A stretch of DNA of 64,000 nucleotides from Azolla caroliniana (taxonomy: Eukaryota > Plantae > Polypodiophyta): contig JBHGNT010000004.1 of the NCBI GenBank assembly GCA_043228905.1, positions 17,794,001 to 17,858,000 of the forward strand, given 5' to 3'. Positions 1-11,481 of this stretch are shown piece after piece. Every line of letters starts with the position of its first letter. Position 1 is the stretch's first letter. A model generated the notes under the pieces. It ran no database searches. It saw only the letters and a list, made by a program, of their open reading frames with translations, and had not been told where the DNA came from. Both the position numbers and the translations under genes were made by a program.

Positions 1-619
1 AATCTTTGTATGTGGAATAAGCAAACATATTGCAAGTGAGTATATGATGGTGCACAGTTTTATCTCTCTGTTACAGAATATACAAAAGACTGAAGAAGAT
101 GACAGTTACAGAGACAGTTAGAGCTCAAGAGACAATGCATTACAAATCCCGCTAGAACTATATAACAAAACTCATTTACACACTTTTATAGTTAGGGTAA
201 CTAAGCCCTAACTAAGATAATGTGTTCACACTAGGAATACAACTTGGGTGGAGTAGGACTTTTAGTCCAACAAACTCTCCCGTAAAAGGACTACTCTAAT
301 TGTTTACAGTGGGATGGGGTTATCTTCTTTGTAAGCTTAAATTATATTTTCATTTAAACTACAATTAGAATTTACAAGCCGATCGACTAGTTTGCAGGAT
401 CGGTAGTGGTAGAGTTGGCTAGTTGCCGAATTGGCTTTGGGCTCTTCGGCCTTCGGCTCTTCCGAATGATTGGTCCTTCTTCCTTGTTGCAGATTTCTAA
501 TCGGTTTTCGGCTCCTTCAATCGGCTTTTGGCCTTTTGATCTTTTCAGATTCAGTTGGCGTTTTCGGCTCTTTGGGCTTTGCCGTTTTGGCTCTACCGAT
601 TTCTGACTCTCTTGCTACT
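1..619 (-). mobile_element. Ty1/copia remnant: partial 3' LTR (1-272), PPT-like tract and 3' UTR
   Basis: LTR boundary ...GTCCAACA at 272 followed by AACTCTCCCGTAAAAGG (purine tract on the minus strand). 150-330 is clearly homologous to 1450-1610, which is attached to a copia RNase H. Confidence 0.6.
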
Positions 620-682
620 TGTTGAATAGGATATGCGGAAAAATATATGAGAACCTGCAAGGTGATGTCCAACAAACAACGT

Positions 683-1314
683 TGTCAAGGAAATCCTCAT
701 GTGCTCGTGGAATGAAGTGGGACCACCAGGGTTCTAGACTAGAAGGATTCAATGTTTTATTAGCGTACGCGAGATAGGCAGATAGATAGATAGAGAGATT
801 CCAATTTCGACTTTGAACCCTTGACTTCAAGTTTGAGAGACAAGACCAATGAGATAACTAGAATTTAATTTTTCTTAAGTTCCTCCTTCAATACATAGCT
901 TCTTTACACAAGGCTTAAACCATGGTTTTGTGCACACAGTTTTATACATTCTTATAGAATACTGAATATGAGAAGAAAATATACAAAATTTAAAGCACTT
1001 AGTAGTAGCTTTAGTGGTAAGTCAATTGTCTCTTACCTTGGAGGTGCAAGGTTCAAACCTTGCTTGCACCTTGTTGTATGCACTCAAATGTTGCTAGGCT
1101 TTAGTCTTATTTTTATATTTACAAGTGTTTGAGAAATGTGCATATGTTTAACCTTACATCTAGCCTTCCTTTTATGATTCTCATTTCAGTCTTATTTACA
1201 ACATGCTAGTGTACATGTGTGACCATCACCACTTTCACACGTGCGCACATTGCACCTTCTCGATTTTGTCCCTTCCGTGCGATTTTCATGTTGTTGCCGA
1301 AAATCTTCATGACA
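683..1314 (-). mobile_element. Solo LTR of the Trp-primed gypsy group
   Basis: TGTC...GACA termini with a perfect 4-bp TSD ACGT (679-682 / 1315-1318). Shares a tRNA-like block and flanks with solo LTR 58929-59556. Confidence 0.8.
1001..1070 (+). promoter_or_regulatory. tRNA-derived (Pol III A-box/B-box) cassette inside a solo LTR
   Basis: A-box-like TAGCTTTAGTGG (1006-1017), B-box GGTTCAAACC (1050-1059), T-arm stem GCAAGG/CCTTGC. No complete cloverleaf. Confidence 0.55.
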
Positions 1315-3279
1315 ACGTGCACAATACCGAGAAGTGGAACATGCACGATGTGAGGGAAAAGTAAGAAGCAAGGGGATATAGATGAAGCTCTAATGGAAAC
1401 TTGTTATTCTCTTCTGTAACTCTTTTATTTATTTATTTATTTTTATAATGTTACAGTTGGGCTTATATACTCAAGCCCTAACTTGGTAATGTGTTAACAC
1501 TTGAGGATACAATTTAAAAGTAGTCGGTCTTTTATGCCAACAAACACCCTCGTAAAAGGGCTACTCTTCCTATGTATACACATAATTGGGTTTATCTCCC
1601 TCGTGAACCTAGATTACAAGTCTAATCTATAGTTACAAGTGTATACATATAAGTCTGTCATTGGCATTCGGCCGAATAAGCAGAGGTATAGTCATAATCT
1701 AGCCTAATTCACCTAGTTATCTAGATCGTATCTTATCTGGGTCGGCCAGACTGGGTTGGTTGGATCACCTTTTGTTCGAATCGACTCATTCGTTCGAAGT
1801 GGCTCATGTTCGATTCTATCTCTCGACCTCTAGTCGATCGTCTACTCCCCGTACGCGCTCATTCCTATGCTCCTTACTGCATCCTTGATCTGTCTTCGAG
1901 TTTGTTTGTCCCTTGATCGTCTCCCCTCCAGTCGGTATTCTGTTGGTATTCTTGCTCAATGTTGTGTCTTTCGTCTTTTGGTATTCCGATTCTTTGGATT
2001 GTGGCTTTTCGGCTCGTCCGATTGGATCAGTCTTCGACTTTCCTTCTAAGACTTGTTTGGCTCTCTTCAGCTCGGTCGCTTGTCATAGTCCCATCATGTT
2101 TCTGAGTGTTCTGAAACATTGTTCTGGGAGTGGCTTCGTCAGACAATCGACAATGTTCACCTTGGTATCGATCTTCCGGACTTCGAGCTTCTTCTTCGTT
2201 ACGAGCTCCCAGATATGATGAAACCGCACCTCAATGTGCTTCATCTTGCCATGATATACCAGATTTTGGATGAGGTCGGGTTGCTACCATTGCGTACATT
2301 AGACTTCCTATGGCAGATGTGTAGGGTATTCAACTCATGAGCTTTCTCTCCTCTTCTGTGGATGGAGAGTCCCTGTTTGATAGTTGATGTGACATCGAGG
2401 GCGGAGTCGATGCCGGTTTCACGTTCTCCATTGTGAAGAGTTACATGCAGAAGCTCGTAGACACAACCGGCTCAACCAAATAGCAACAGAAAATAGAACT
2501 AAGGTTTAATGGAAAGCTTGAAACACATAGAGAGTACACGGGAGAGACAGAGGGAGCAGAATAGTAAAACTCCATTTCAAAATAACACTCAACACTCTAT
2601 ACATCCAATGTGCTCAATAGAAGTCCTTAAAAGAATTGACAGTAGTACTGAGAGGTACTTCAATGCTCGTACTGAGCAACTGACTCAAACTCCTAAAAAT
2701 ATGCCTATGTACTAGGCTAGGATCGTATGCCTCTAACGGCCTACCGGTATCACACCGATCTGGACACCGATCCAGTTCCCTCTGATTTGGCTCTCCGTTC
2801 CGGATACCATTCCGGCTCTTCGATCCGATCCAGGCCTAGCCAATCGGTCTTCATCCGATCCGACTCTCGGCTTGTTCAGCCGATCCAGCCCATGTTGAGC
2901 TTGTCCACTCGACACTCCCCCTCAAGCTCAACTTGAGGTCGGTTCTTCGTGTCAATATCCATTGTCGTGTGAATCTTCACACACTATGTAAAATAATAAT
3001 AATAATGAAATAATTATTATAGATTAGATTAGTAGCTTACTATAGAAAGATGGATATACTCAAGAGCTTCAAAATGTTTTTTACTATATACAAAATGGAG
3101 AAATACATATCAAGTTATGTGAAAATAAAGTTTGAGAAGATAGGGAAATTAGAACTATCCCACATAGATAGGAAAGTTAAGGCCCTGGCTATATAAGTAC
3201 CTTGAGCTCCCTCATTTTTCATTTGTGGTAAGAGCACTTTGGCCACTTTGTCTTGATGGATGATGTGGCCAAATTCCCT

Positions 3280-3745
3280 AAAACCTGAAATTGGCCGGTA
3301 AGCAAATCCGGAAAACGGGTTCGGGAAACAAATTCGGAAACTGGCCGGTAAGGAAATCCGAAAAACGGGTCCGGTAAGCAAATCCGGAAACCGGCCGGTA
3401 TGCAAACCGAAAACAGGCAGGTAAGCAAAACTAGAACTGGAACCAGGCCGGTAAGCAAAACCGGAACTGGAAATCGGTCGGTATGCAAACCGGAAATAGG
3501 ATGGTAAGCAAAACCGGAACCGGAACCGACAAGCAAACTAGAACCGGAAACCGACCGGTATGCAAACCGGAACCGGCAAGCAAACTGGAACCGGAAACCG
3601 GCCAGTATGAAAACCGGAACCGGCAAGCAAACCGGAACCGGAAACCGGCCGGTATGCAAACTGGAAATAGGAAGGTAAGCGAAACCGGAACCGGAACCGG
3701 CAAGCAAACCAGAACTGGCCGACAAGCAAAATCGGAACCGGTTAC
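3280..3745 (+). repeat. CCGGAA/AAGCAAA-rich degenerate tandem array in the 5' LTR of element B
   Basis: Many imperfect copies of AACCGG, AAGCAAA and GTATGCAAACCGG. The counterpart in the 3' LTR has a different unit order and length. Confidence 0.9.
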
Positions 3746-5096
3746 TAGACGAGGTTGGACGCGGACGGACGGAAGATTGGATCATGCAGCAAACTAAAGT
3801 AAAGTGAAGAGAACTAAAGTAAAGGCCATGTGGACGCAAGCAACTAAAGTTGGAGTGCATGCAAAAAGTAAAGGTCATGTGGACGGTCACATGCAACTAA
3901 AAGAAAAAGTCATGCAACTAAAAATAGATGCAACCAAAAGAAAAAGCTAGGCAATTAAAAGTAGAGGCCATGCAACAAAAAGTGGAAAGGCTATGATCAA
4001 GGGAGAACTCTATATATATTCCATTTTTTTCTTACACTCGAACTCTTCATATTATCTTAATTTTTTTCCTTTTCTTTGGGAGCTCTCTTATCTTATCGAA
4101 GCCAATAACCCTAATCTTCCCTACGGAAGCTATCTCTCAAGTAAACCATAATTTCCATACGGAAGCAATCTCTCAAAATCCAAAATTCCTTGTCAAAGCC
4201 ATATCACTCAAGAATCATAATCTCTTATTTCCTCTAATCTATTATTCTAGTAATCTCCTTAAGATAAAACTTTTGTAATCCCAATCTTGGGATTGATTGT
4301 AATCTTTCTTTCTACTTGTTAATGAAATTTGTTAATCTTTCTCATTTCGGTTAATTCTTAGTACATAAATACATGAATTTGATATCCTCTAGTCAAAGGC
4401 CCTGGGGTCTTGCCTCAACGTTCACGTATCCTTGTCGTATTTTCGCGACATCTTTGGTGAACCCGACGTTGTCGTGAAGAAAACCGGCCGTAGGCGGAAT
4501 CAGAGAGAAAGCGCGTAAACCGGCCCCTACACGGATGGACGCGTGACTGGATACTTTGTACGCGAACCGGTGGATGTGACTACTAAGCCACACACATTTA
4601 TTAGAGGGGGATTGTGTGTATCCCGAAGGGGGACAGGGAATAAAAGGCAAGAGGGGAAGAGAAAAGGGGGATATCGCGCGCGAGGGAGAAGGGGAAGCGC
4701 TGCTGCAGAAGGGAAGCGAAGCTCTCTCTCTACTCCTCGAGCCATCGTTCTCTGTGGGTCCGTCGCCGCTTGTGGGAGTGCGCTGCCTCTGCTTCGTGGA
4801 TAGCCCATGCGCTTCCACCAGAGTCGCTCCCCTTTCCCTTTGTTTCTTGGAGTCGGGTGACTGTCGTCGGTGTGCGTGAGTAGGGTCCCCATGTCGGGTC
4901 TGTCGCCGCCTTGTCAGTTGTAACTGTCAGGGTTTGTAATCTCTTGTCATTATAATTAAGTGTTACGATTCTATCTCTTTCCTTCTCGCTTTTCGTGTTG
5001 GTGAATCTCTCTCTCTCTCTCTCTCTTGCTCCTCGGTCCAAGACCCCCTTGGTCCCGCCCCTTTCCACACGTACGCGCGTAATAACGCGACATCTT

Positions 5097-5114
5097 TGGT
5101 GAACCCGACGTGAA
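5097..5114 (+). promoter_or_regulatory. Primer binding site complementary to plant tRNA-Trp 3' end
   Basis: TGGTGAACCCGACGTGAA is the reverse complement of TTCACGTCGGGTTCACCA, the plant cytosolic tRNA-Trp 3' end as I recall it. The same or a decayed PBS occurs at 4455, 22565-22582 (minus), 28726, 29923 and 32641. Confidence 0.85.
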
Positions 5115-5136
5115 AGGGCGGCAAAGGAGTTGAAAG

Positions 5137-7269
5137 ATGAGGGGATCGGAGCTAGCAGAGGCAATGTCGGTGGCCGTCGACCGGCTGGTGAGCGCTCGTG
5201 AGGGAACGGGTACCCTCGACAGAGCCATCAAATCGATCGTCGGCTCTATAGGTCGTTTCGGAGGGAAAGATGCCACACGTTATTTGGAGGCTTACTGGGC
5301 CGAAATGATCATGAGGGATATCCCGGCGGACAGGCGGCTGTCTGGATTCCCTCGGGTGGTGACACCGGGCATCCATGCGGAGGTGCTCGAGGTGCTAGCC
5401 GGATGCCAGACTTGGGAGGAGTTCGAGCTGCAGCTCCTCGAGAAGTACGGCTTTGACGACTCGCTCCGGCTGTCGAGGCGGGACTTCATGGTGTGGGTGG
5501 AAAGCCCCGGAAAAGGGAGGAACACGTCGGTGCTCCTCCAGGAGTTCGAAAAACGGTTCGCGCGGCTGTCGACGCTGGACTGGATGGTGCTCGAAACAAG
5601 TCGAGTACTGCTGTTTGTCAAGTCGGGGGATGCGCTTGACAGGGAAAAGGTGGGGCCCCTATTGGAAACGGACAAAGGGCTCGCGACGGACTGGGCCGTG
5701 ATAAAACGGGTCTGCAGCCGTTTCGACAAACGGCGCGATTGGAGCGACGGAAGCACGTCGGAGTCAGGGCCGGTCCCGGGGAGGAGGCTCGAGGAGCCGG
5801 TTTCGGTGCCGATTGGGAGGAAGGAAGAGACCCGAATCCGGTCGGAGTTGGGGTCGGCATCGAACGACGTGGTCAGAGGCCCATCCGGAGGAGCGGCTCT
5901 AGAGGAGCTAACACAGATGGTGCGCGACCTGTAGATCGCACAGGCCCGAAGAGACAGCGGTGAACAACCTCGCGACCGGAGGCTGCCGGCTGGGCAGCGG
6001 TGCATGTGGTGTGATGCGATCGGTCACATTCGGAAGGACTGCGTGGATTTCGCCGACGCGCTCAGGACCAACGTGGTGTACCTCTGGAACGGGCGGGTGC
6101 ATGTGAGCGAGACCCGGAGAGACCTGGAACTGAATACGGGGCGCGACGGAATGAAGAGGTTGATGGAAGAGGCTGCGACACGGCACGTCGAAGCCGTCAA
6201 CTACTCGGTGTCGGCGGGAATTCGGGTCGGGGGTGATGAGACCCGGAAGGTGAAGGACTCCGGATTCTGGCCGCTGGTGCTAGAAGGCCTCTCCAGAGTT
6301 TGGCTGAGGAAGGAAGAGGCGGACCACGCGGAACAACGGGTCCAGGAGGTCACCGGTTGGGACGATCTGGTGAAAGAGAAAACGGGCTTCGTAGAAGCCA
6401 CTTGCCAAAACTACGAGGTTCTGGTGGAGCACAAGCGGTTAGGGAAGGCCGGAGGGGTCGGCCCCCCAAGGTATGAGACCTGGTTCGGACCGAAACCGAC
6501 CGGTGCCGGCAACCCGGGCGCACCGGACGGGAAGAAGCAGGCGGGGTTTCGGTTGAGCACCGAGATCGAAAGGACCACAGACCTGTGAAAGGTCCTGGAG
6601 GAACGTATCCTCGATAACAAAGTGGAGCTGTCATTGCGGGAGGTGCTGGGAATCGCCAAGAGGGAGTTCCACGACTCTATCGTGGACTTGGTGAAGCGTA
6701 AGAGGCTCTCGACAGAACCGGAACCGGAGAAGCCGGTGGAAGTGTGGATCACGCACCTGGAAGACGGAGCCTTGGAAGATGAGCTGGCAGGAAGCCACTA
6801 CACGAAGCCGCATTGGGCCAGGGCGACTACGGAAACCCCAGTACGGATCGGCAACGTTCTGGAACCAGTGGTGGCGTTGGTAGACCATGGATCCGAAATC
6901 AACATGATGTCCATGGATTTCTACAAGAAGGGTAAATGGCCGATCAACACCAAGCATGGCTGGAAGATACGGGCAGCGACGTGCGCCATGGAAGAACTAC
7001 ATGGGGCCTGTCCGAACGTACGGGTGAAAATCGGCGATGTCGAGATCTACCAGCACTTCTTCGTGCAGGAGACGTCCTTGCATCCGGTTATCCTGGGAGA
7101 GCCATATATCACGGCGGCACGGATGGAGACCAAGGTGCTGGACAACGGTTCAGCCTATGCAAGAGTCAAGAGCTAGGACGGGCGTCACTCGGTCCAGTTC
7201 CTAACGGTGAGACCAAACCATGAGCCTAACCGCGAGGCTCTCAGCAGCGAAACTCGAGGGGATTTTTAG
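5137..7269 (+). pseudogene. gag: Element A gag-protease ORF1 (in-frame nonsense mutations)
   Basis: ORFs 5137, 6004 and 6622 share one frame. CCHC knuckle CMWCDAIGHIRKDC, protease ALVDHGSEIN...ILGEP, natural end GAT TTT TAG at 7261-7269. Confidence 0.9.
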
Positions 7270-7325
7270 AGAGGGCTGTCAAGGCGTGGGGCCGCGATAG
7301 TCCGGACACCCGGGGAGAACCCCAC
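7260..7325 (+). promoter_or_regulatory. Putative -1 ribosomal frameshift signal (G_GAU_UUU, 6-nt spacer, H-type pseudoknot)
   Basis: Stem 1 7273-7280/7296-7303, stem 2 GTGGGG 7286-7291 / CCCCAC 7320-7325. The -1 frame runs without a stop into RT. Conserved at 13650, 34744 and 48551. Confidence 0.8.
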
Positions 7326-10300
7326 AAACGTACAGTATGGAAGAAGACCTGTACCATAGGTAGGAAATTTTGGTTCTCTGACAGCGGAGGTTGTACTATA
7401 ACCAGTGTCAGCGGCAGGGAGAGGAAGAGAGCGGAGGAGCGGCTCAGGGGATGCGGAGTCCTCTTCCCCGACGAGGGCATCAACGGCGCCGTGGAGGCGG
7501 TCTCTTTTGACGACACCTTGGGCGAACTACGAAAGGTGATTGGTGAAGACCTTAGAGAAGATCGAACCGTTCCGGTGGGGTCAATGGGAATGTACGAAGT
7601 TATCGCAGACTTCGGGGAAAGGATCGGGTCGGATCGGACGGCCCGCGTGGATACGAAATACAAGACTGTGGACCAGAAGGTGAGGCCAGTCGCGGCACCC
7701 TTGCTGGAGGGCAGCGAGGAGCGGATAAAGGGGGTCGCGTCGGACCCAAGTTTACGAAATCCGACTGGCATAGGGCACCGGTTCACCGACATAACGCTAC
7801 GGGAGCTCAAGGTCGGTGGGGGCGGCTTCCTACTGCCTGCGGAGGAGGACCGGTTTGGGGGAATGCTCGGGAGGCACGGGAAGGCTTTCGCATTCTCACC
7901 GGAGGAGATCGGGTGCGTTGAACCGATAGTTGTCGAACCAATGGTGATCTTCACGGTACCGCATGTACCGTGGAATCTCAAGTTGATTCCGGTGCCAAGA
8001 ACTCACATCCTGAAGTTGATGGAGCTCCTAAAGCAAAAGGTGGAGATGGGCATCCTCAAACCGTCGAGTGCCCCATATTCGAATCGGTGGTTTACGGTGC
8101 CGAAAAAGAACAGCACACTGCGCTTCATCCAGGACCTACAACCGGTCAACAAGGTGACCATCCATAATGCAGGGATCAGACCGACCATGGACGAGTTCGC
8201 GGAGGCCTTCGCTGGAAGGTCGATCTATTCTGTCGGTGATCTGTACTCGGGGTATGATCAGTTCCAACTAGTTGTGGAGAGCAGAGACATTACGACAATG
8301 CAGACTCCTCTCAGCCTGGTGCGGATGTGTACCCTGCCACAAGGAGGGACGAACTCAGTGGCTCACATGGTGAATGTGATGAACAAAATGCTCAAGGATT
8401 GTATCCCGGACATCACCATGCCGTTCTTAGACGACATCCCGATCAAGGGATGCCCGGTGGAGAAAAGGGACGAGGCAATCGGGCCGGACGGATGTCGGAA
8501 TTTCGTGGCGTCCCACATCGATGATTGCGAGAAGGTGCTGCAGAGACTAGAGCGCGCGAGGCTCACCTTCTCCGGGGAAAAGTCGGCCTTCGGACAGTCG
8601 GAGATCTTGGTGGTTGGACACCTGTGCGGGCCTTACGGTAGGAAACCGTCTCCGGCAAAGGTAGAGGCCATCTCCGCGATGAAGACTGTTTGCGGGTCGG
8701 TCACGGAGGTCCGCAGATTCTTGGGGGAATGCGCGTTCTACCACATCTGGATCCCGCACTACGCACATGTCGCGGAACCCCTCTACGGACTATTAGAAAA
8801 GGGGCGTAGCTTTGAGTGGAGGACGGAGCACACGGAGTTGGTTCGGAGACTAAAGGAGGCGCTTACGGTAGCGCTGGCTCTCCGTAAAGCGGTTTACGAC
8901 AAGGATGTTCCCATCTGCGTAACGGTGGACACCAGCCCGACCGGGATCGGGTGGGTAATCAGTCAGGAGGACAAGGGCGGCGTACGATTCCCGATCCGGT
9001 TCGGGGCGAAGGTATTGAGCTAGCGGCAGCAAGGGTACGCCCAAGTTAAGCGCGAAATTTGGGGTGTCGTTTCGGCGGTCAAGGCCGACAAAGATTATCT
9101 GATCGGGACGGAGGTGATTATCGAGACGGACTGCCTGCCGATACTCGGCCTGGTTTCCGGATGCGCGACGCCGGACCTAGCAATGCTCCGGTGAATAGCG
9201 TACATTAAGTCCCTGAACCCAGAGATACGACACATCTCCGGAAAGGACAACGCCATGGCTGACATGCTTTCGAGGGCAAGGTTCAACAACGAAGACGGCA
9301 TGGTTTGGGAAGACGAAGAAGTCGGCGAGGACTTCTTTGGGTCGTCTAACGTAACGACGAGGAAAGGGAACACTCCGGCGCTTAACGAATTTGACGAAAG
9401 CAGGTATGACGGGGAGTGGCTCCAAATCGAGAGGTTCCTAAGGACGATGACGCCAGACGTAGCATGGGCGAGAGAGGAGGCGAGCCGAATACGGAGGAAG
9501 GCGTACCGATTCTTCCTGCAGGACGGGTGCATATGGAGGCACCCAAAGAAGAGAAGCGGCATTCCACTCCGAGTAGTGGCAAAGAAAGAAGAACAAGGGA
9601 AACTACTAACGGCATTTCACGAGAGCCCCTGGGCCGGACATCGCGGAACGTGGGCCACTTTCGAGAAGTTGAAGGAGAAGTATTGGTGGCCGGGGCAGTA
9701 CCAGGACGTGCATCGGTTCGTAACGACTTGCGAGAGCTGTCAGATGCACTCCATAGTCCGACACCGGGACGAGCTACACCCGACCTACCCACCTACGGTC
9801 CATTTCAAGTGGATGGTGGACTTGGTGACAATGCCGATGGGGGTAGGACAGATGCGATACCTGGTGCTTGCATGGGAAGACTTAACGAACCAGGTGGAAG
9901 GCCGTGCATTGCAAAGCAAGACAACCGCGGCGGTATGCCGGTTCTTGATCGAAGAAGTAGTGTGTCGGTACGGGTGCGTCGGGAGGATCGTGGCGGACCG
10001 GGGAGAGCTGGATGCGCAGGAGGCCGAGGAGTTGTTCGACCGGCTAGGCGTCAAACTCTCCCTCACCACGGCGTACAATCCGGAGATGAACGGAAAGGTG
10101 GAACGTGGGCACGGACCGATTGTAAAGGCGTTGGTGCGTGCATGCGGTGGGCAGGTCGGGAATTGGCCGCGACTCCTTCCTTACGCGCTATGGGCGGACC
10201 GGACTACGCACGGTTCGGTGACAGGGTTTATGCCGGCGGAGCTAATGTACAGACAAAAGCCGATCATGCTGGTGGAACAGACAGTTTCTTCATGGGCGGC

Positions 10301-10754
10301 GGTAGATTGGAAGGACGAAATGAGCCGGGAGGAGTTGCTGGCGGCGCGGATTCGGCAACTCTAGCGGAGGCCGGAGGACGTGATACAGGCGAAGGAAAAG
10401 CTGCGAGCGGCGAGGGAGCGGAACAAGACCCGGTTCAACCGGACGCACCGGTTGCGACCAAAGAAGATCGAGGAAGGCGACTGGGTCTTGGTATACGACA
10501 ACAGCCTCGACAATCAGCACAAGGCGGTGCGAAATTTTGCTAGGAGATGGTTCGGGCCCTACATGGTGACGAGCGCGAACGGTAACGAAACGTACCACCT
10601 CGCAGAGCTTGACGGGACACGGTTAGCGGTGCCGGTGGCCGGAGAGCGGGTTAAAGCTTTCAAAAAGCGGTTTGAAGACGAGCCGGAGCCTGCGAGCGGG
10701 AGCGACAACGACGATCAGTTCGGGTCCGGCGGAGAACCGGAGAGCAATGAGTGA
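7260..10754 (+). pseudogene. pol: Element A pol ORF2 (RT-RNase H-integrase), nonsense mutations
   Basis: RT DLYSGYDQ...LPQGGTNS...FLDD; RH VDTSP...ETDC; INT HHCC, VDL...ADRG...KVE, GPY module. ORFs 7491, 9255 and 10380 are in one frame. Confidence 0.92.
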
Positions 10755-11481
10755 GGCCAGGTTTCTTCGATATCTACCCGTCTCTGGCGCATGCCGGTGG
10801 ATGCGTGGTTTGGTGGGGGTGGATGTCGTGAAGAAAACCGGCCATAGGCGGAATCGGAGAGAAAGCGCGTAAACCGCCCCCTACACGGATGGACGTGTGT
10901 CTGGATACTTTGTACGCGAACCGGTGGATGTGACTACTAAGCCACACACATTTATTAGAGGGGGATTGTGCGTATCCCGAAGGGGTACAGGGAATAAAAG
11001 GCAAGAGGGGAAGAGAAAAGGGGGATATCGCGCGCGAGGGAGAAGGGGAAGCGCTGCTGCAGAAGGGAAGCCGAGCTCTCTCTCTACTCCTCGAGCCGTC
11101 GTTCTCTGTGGGTCCGTCGCCGCCTGTGGGAGTGCGCTGCCTCTGCTTCGTGGACAACCTGTGCGCTTCCAGCAGAGTTGCTCCCCTTTCCCTTTGTTTC
11201 TTGGAGTCGGGTGACTGTCGTCGGTGTGCGTGAGTAGGGTCCCCGTGTCAGGTCCGTCGCCGCCTCATTGGTTGTAACTGTCAGGGTTTGTAATCTCTTG
11301 TCATTATAATTAAGTGTTACGATTCTATCTCTTTCCTTCTCGCTTTTCGTGTCGGTGAATCTCTCTCTCTCGCTCCTCGGTCCAAGACCCCCGTGGTCCC
11401 GCCCCTTTCCACACGTACGCGCGTAATAACGCGACATCTTTGGACGTGAAATGAGGCAGTAGGAGGATATCAAGTACGAAG

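Larger units (their letters stand above)
620..2280 (-). mobile_element. Ty1/copia 3' part: LTR 620-1542 (TGTTG...CAACA, split by a solo LTR), PPT, 3' UTR and RNase H C-terminus
   Basis: Minus strand 2270-2085 translates to NLVYHGKMKHIEVRFHHIWELVTKKKLEVRKIDTKVNIVDCLTKPL, a typical copia RNase H end. Same family as the 1-619 remnant, into which it is inserted. Confidence 0.75.
4470..11436 (+). mobile_element. Ty3/gypsy element A (Trp-primed, GC-rich), LTRs 4470-5092 and 10824-11436
   Basis: TGTCG...CGACA LTRs, PBS 5097-5114, PPT TGGTGGGGGTGGA 10811-10823, ACGT duplicated at 4466-4469 and 11444-11447. Confidence 0.95.

Noticed and set aside
2280-2431. Possible further LTR end (GATGTGACA followed by TCGA)
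   Set aside because: No partner terminus or homologue in the window, so it was not counted among the CpG-centred sites.
3219-3896. ORFs across the CCGGAA arrays (also 17486-18163) and the 111-bp array
   Set aside because: Low-complexity translations of tandem repeats; frames are not preserved between the two LTR copies.
9416-10543. 375-aa alternative-frame ORF overlapping integrase of element A
   Set aside because: Expected shadow of GC-rich codon usage. It is not open in the AT-richer element B and has no recognisable motif. The same applies to the many antisense ORFs over A and C.
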